Source of the DNA: a virus
DNA length: 64,000 nucleotides
IMG/VR virus record: IMGVR_UViG_3300027503_000009
Strand: one strand, 5' to 3'
The position numbers and the translations under genes are program-made. Below, piece by piece: positions 63,906-64,000 of this stretch. The notes beneath the pieces are model-generated. The model saw only the letters and a program-made list of their open reading frames with translations. It ran no database searches and was not told the DNA's origin. The first letter of the stretch is position 1, and each line of letters starts with the position of its first letter.

Positions 63906-63979
63906 GGTTCGTTAGTTTAGTGGTAAAATATTCCGCTGTCTACGGAAAGTCGAGGGTTCAATTCCCTCACGAACCGCCA
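63906..63979 (+). tRNA. tRNA-Asp(GTC)
   Basis: GGTTCGT/ACGAACC acceptor, TTCCG-ctGTCta-CGGAA, G73, CCA. Confidence 0.88.
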
Positions 63980-64000
63980 AAAAGTTCTATGGGCGAGTAA

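Noticed and set aside
63930-63950. Reading the Asp tRNA loop (CTGTCTA) as a CTA amber suppressor / recoded genome
   Set aside because: The 5 bp stem centres GTC in a 7 nt loop; G73 fits Asp; core genes are uninterrupted in the standard code
63991-64000. GGGCGAGTAA, probable start of a ninth tRNA
   Set aside because: Truncated by the window edge; cannot be folded or assigned

Overview
A 64 kb segment of a large, AT-rich (by eye about 30% GC, not computed) T4-like myophage using the standard genetic code. Positions 1-49.3 kb hold the virion module: gp22 (partial), 21, 67-like, 20, 19, 18, 17, neck/terminator 15, 14, 13, a DUF4815 protein, baseplate 8, 7, 6, 25, 5, 27-like, 53, 48, and divergently 4, 2, 54-like, 26, 51 and tape measure, under T4-type TATAAATA late promoters. 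Positions 49.3-58 kb hold a replication/late-transcription block (32, 59, 33, a GuaC/GuaB-family enzyme, regA, 62, 44, 45, CobS-like AAA+ ATPase with a vWA/metallopeptidase partner). Positions 58-64 kb are a divergent early region of small ORFs with 8 complete tRNAs under near-consensus sigma70 promoters. The main candidate system is a ~15 kb island between gp15 and gp17, where gp16 normally sits. In it a late-promoter-driven cassette of four glycosyltransferases (2x GT-B/GT4-like, GT-A, GT-D/DUF1792) and two SAM methyltransferases is bracketed by two Thr-rich Gly-Ala-Thr collagen-like fibre genes. This suggests a phage-encoded virion fibre O-glycosylation system. The second highlight is a probable -1 ribosomal frameshift joining gp26 to a start-less gp51 frame directly upstream of the tape measure gene. 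All family assignments come from motif recognition and gene order; no database search was run.
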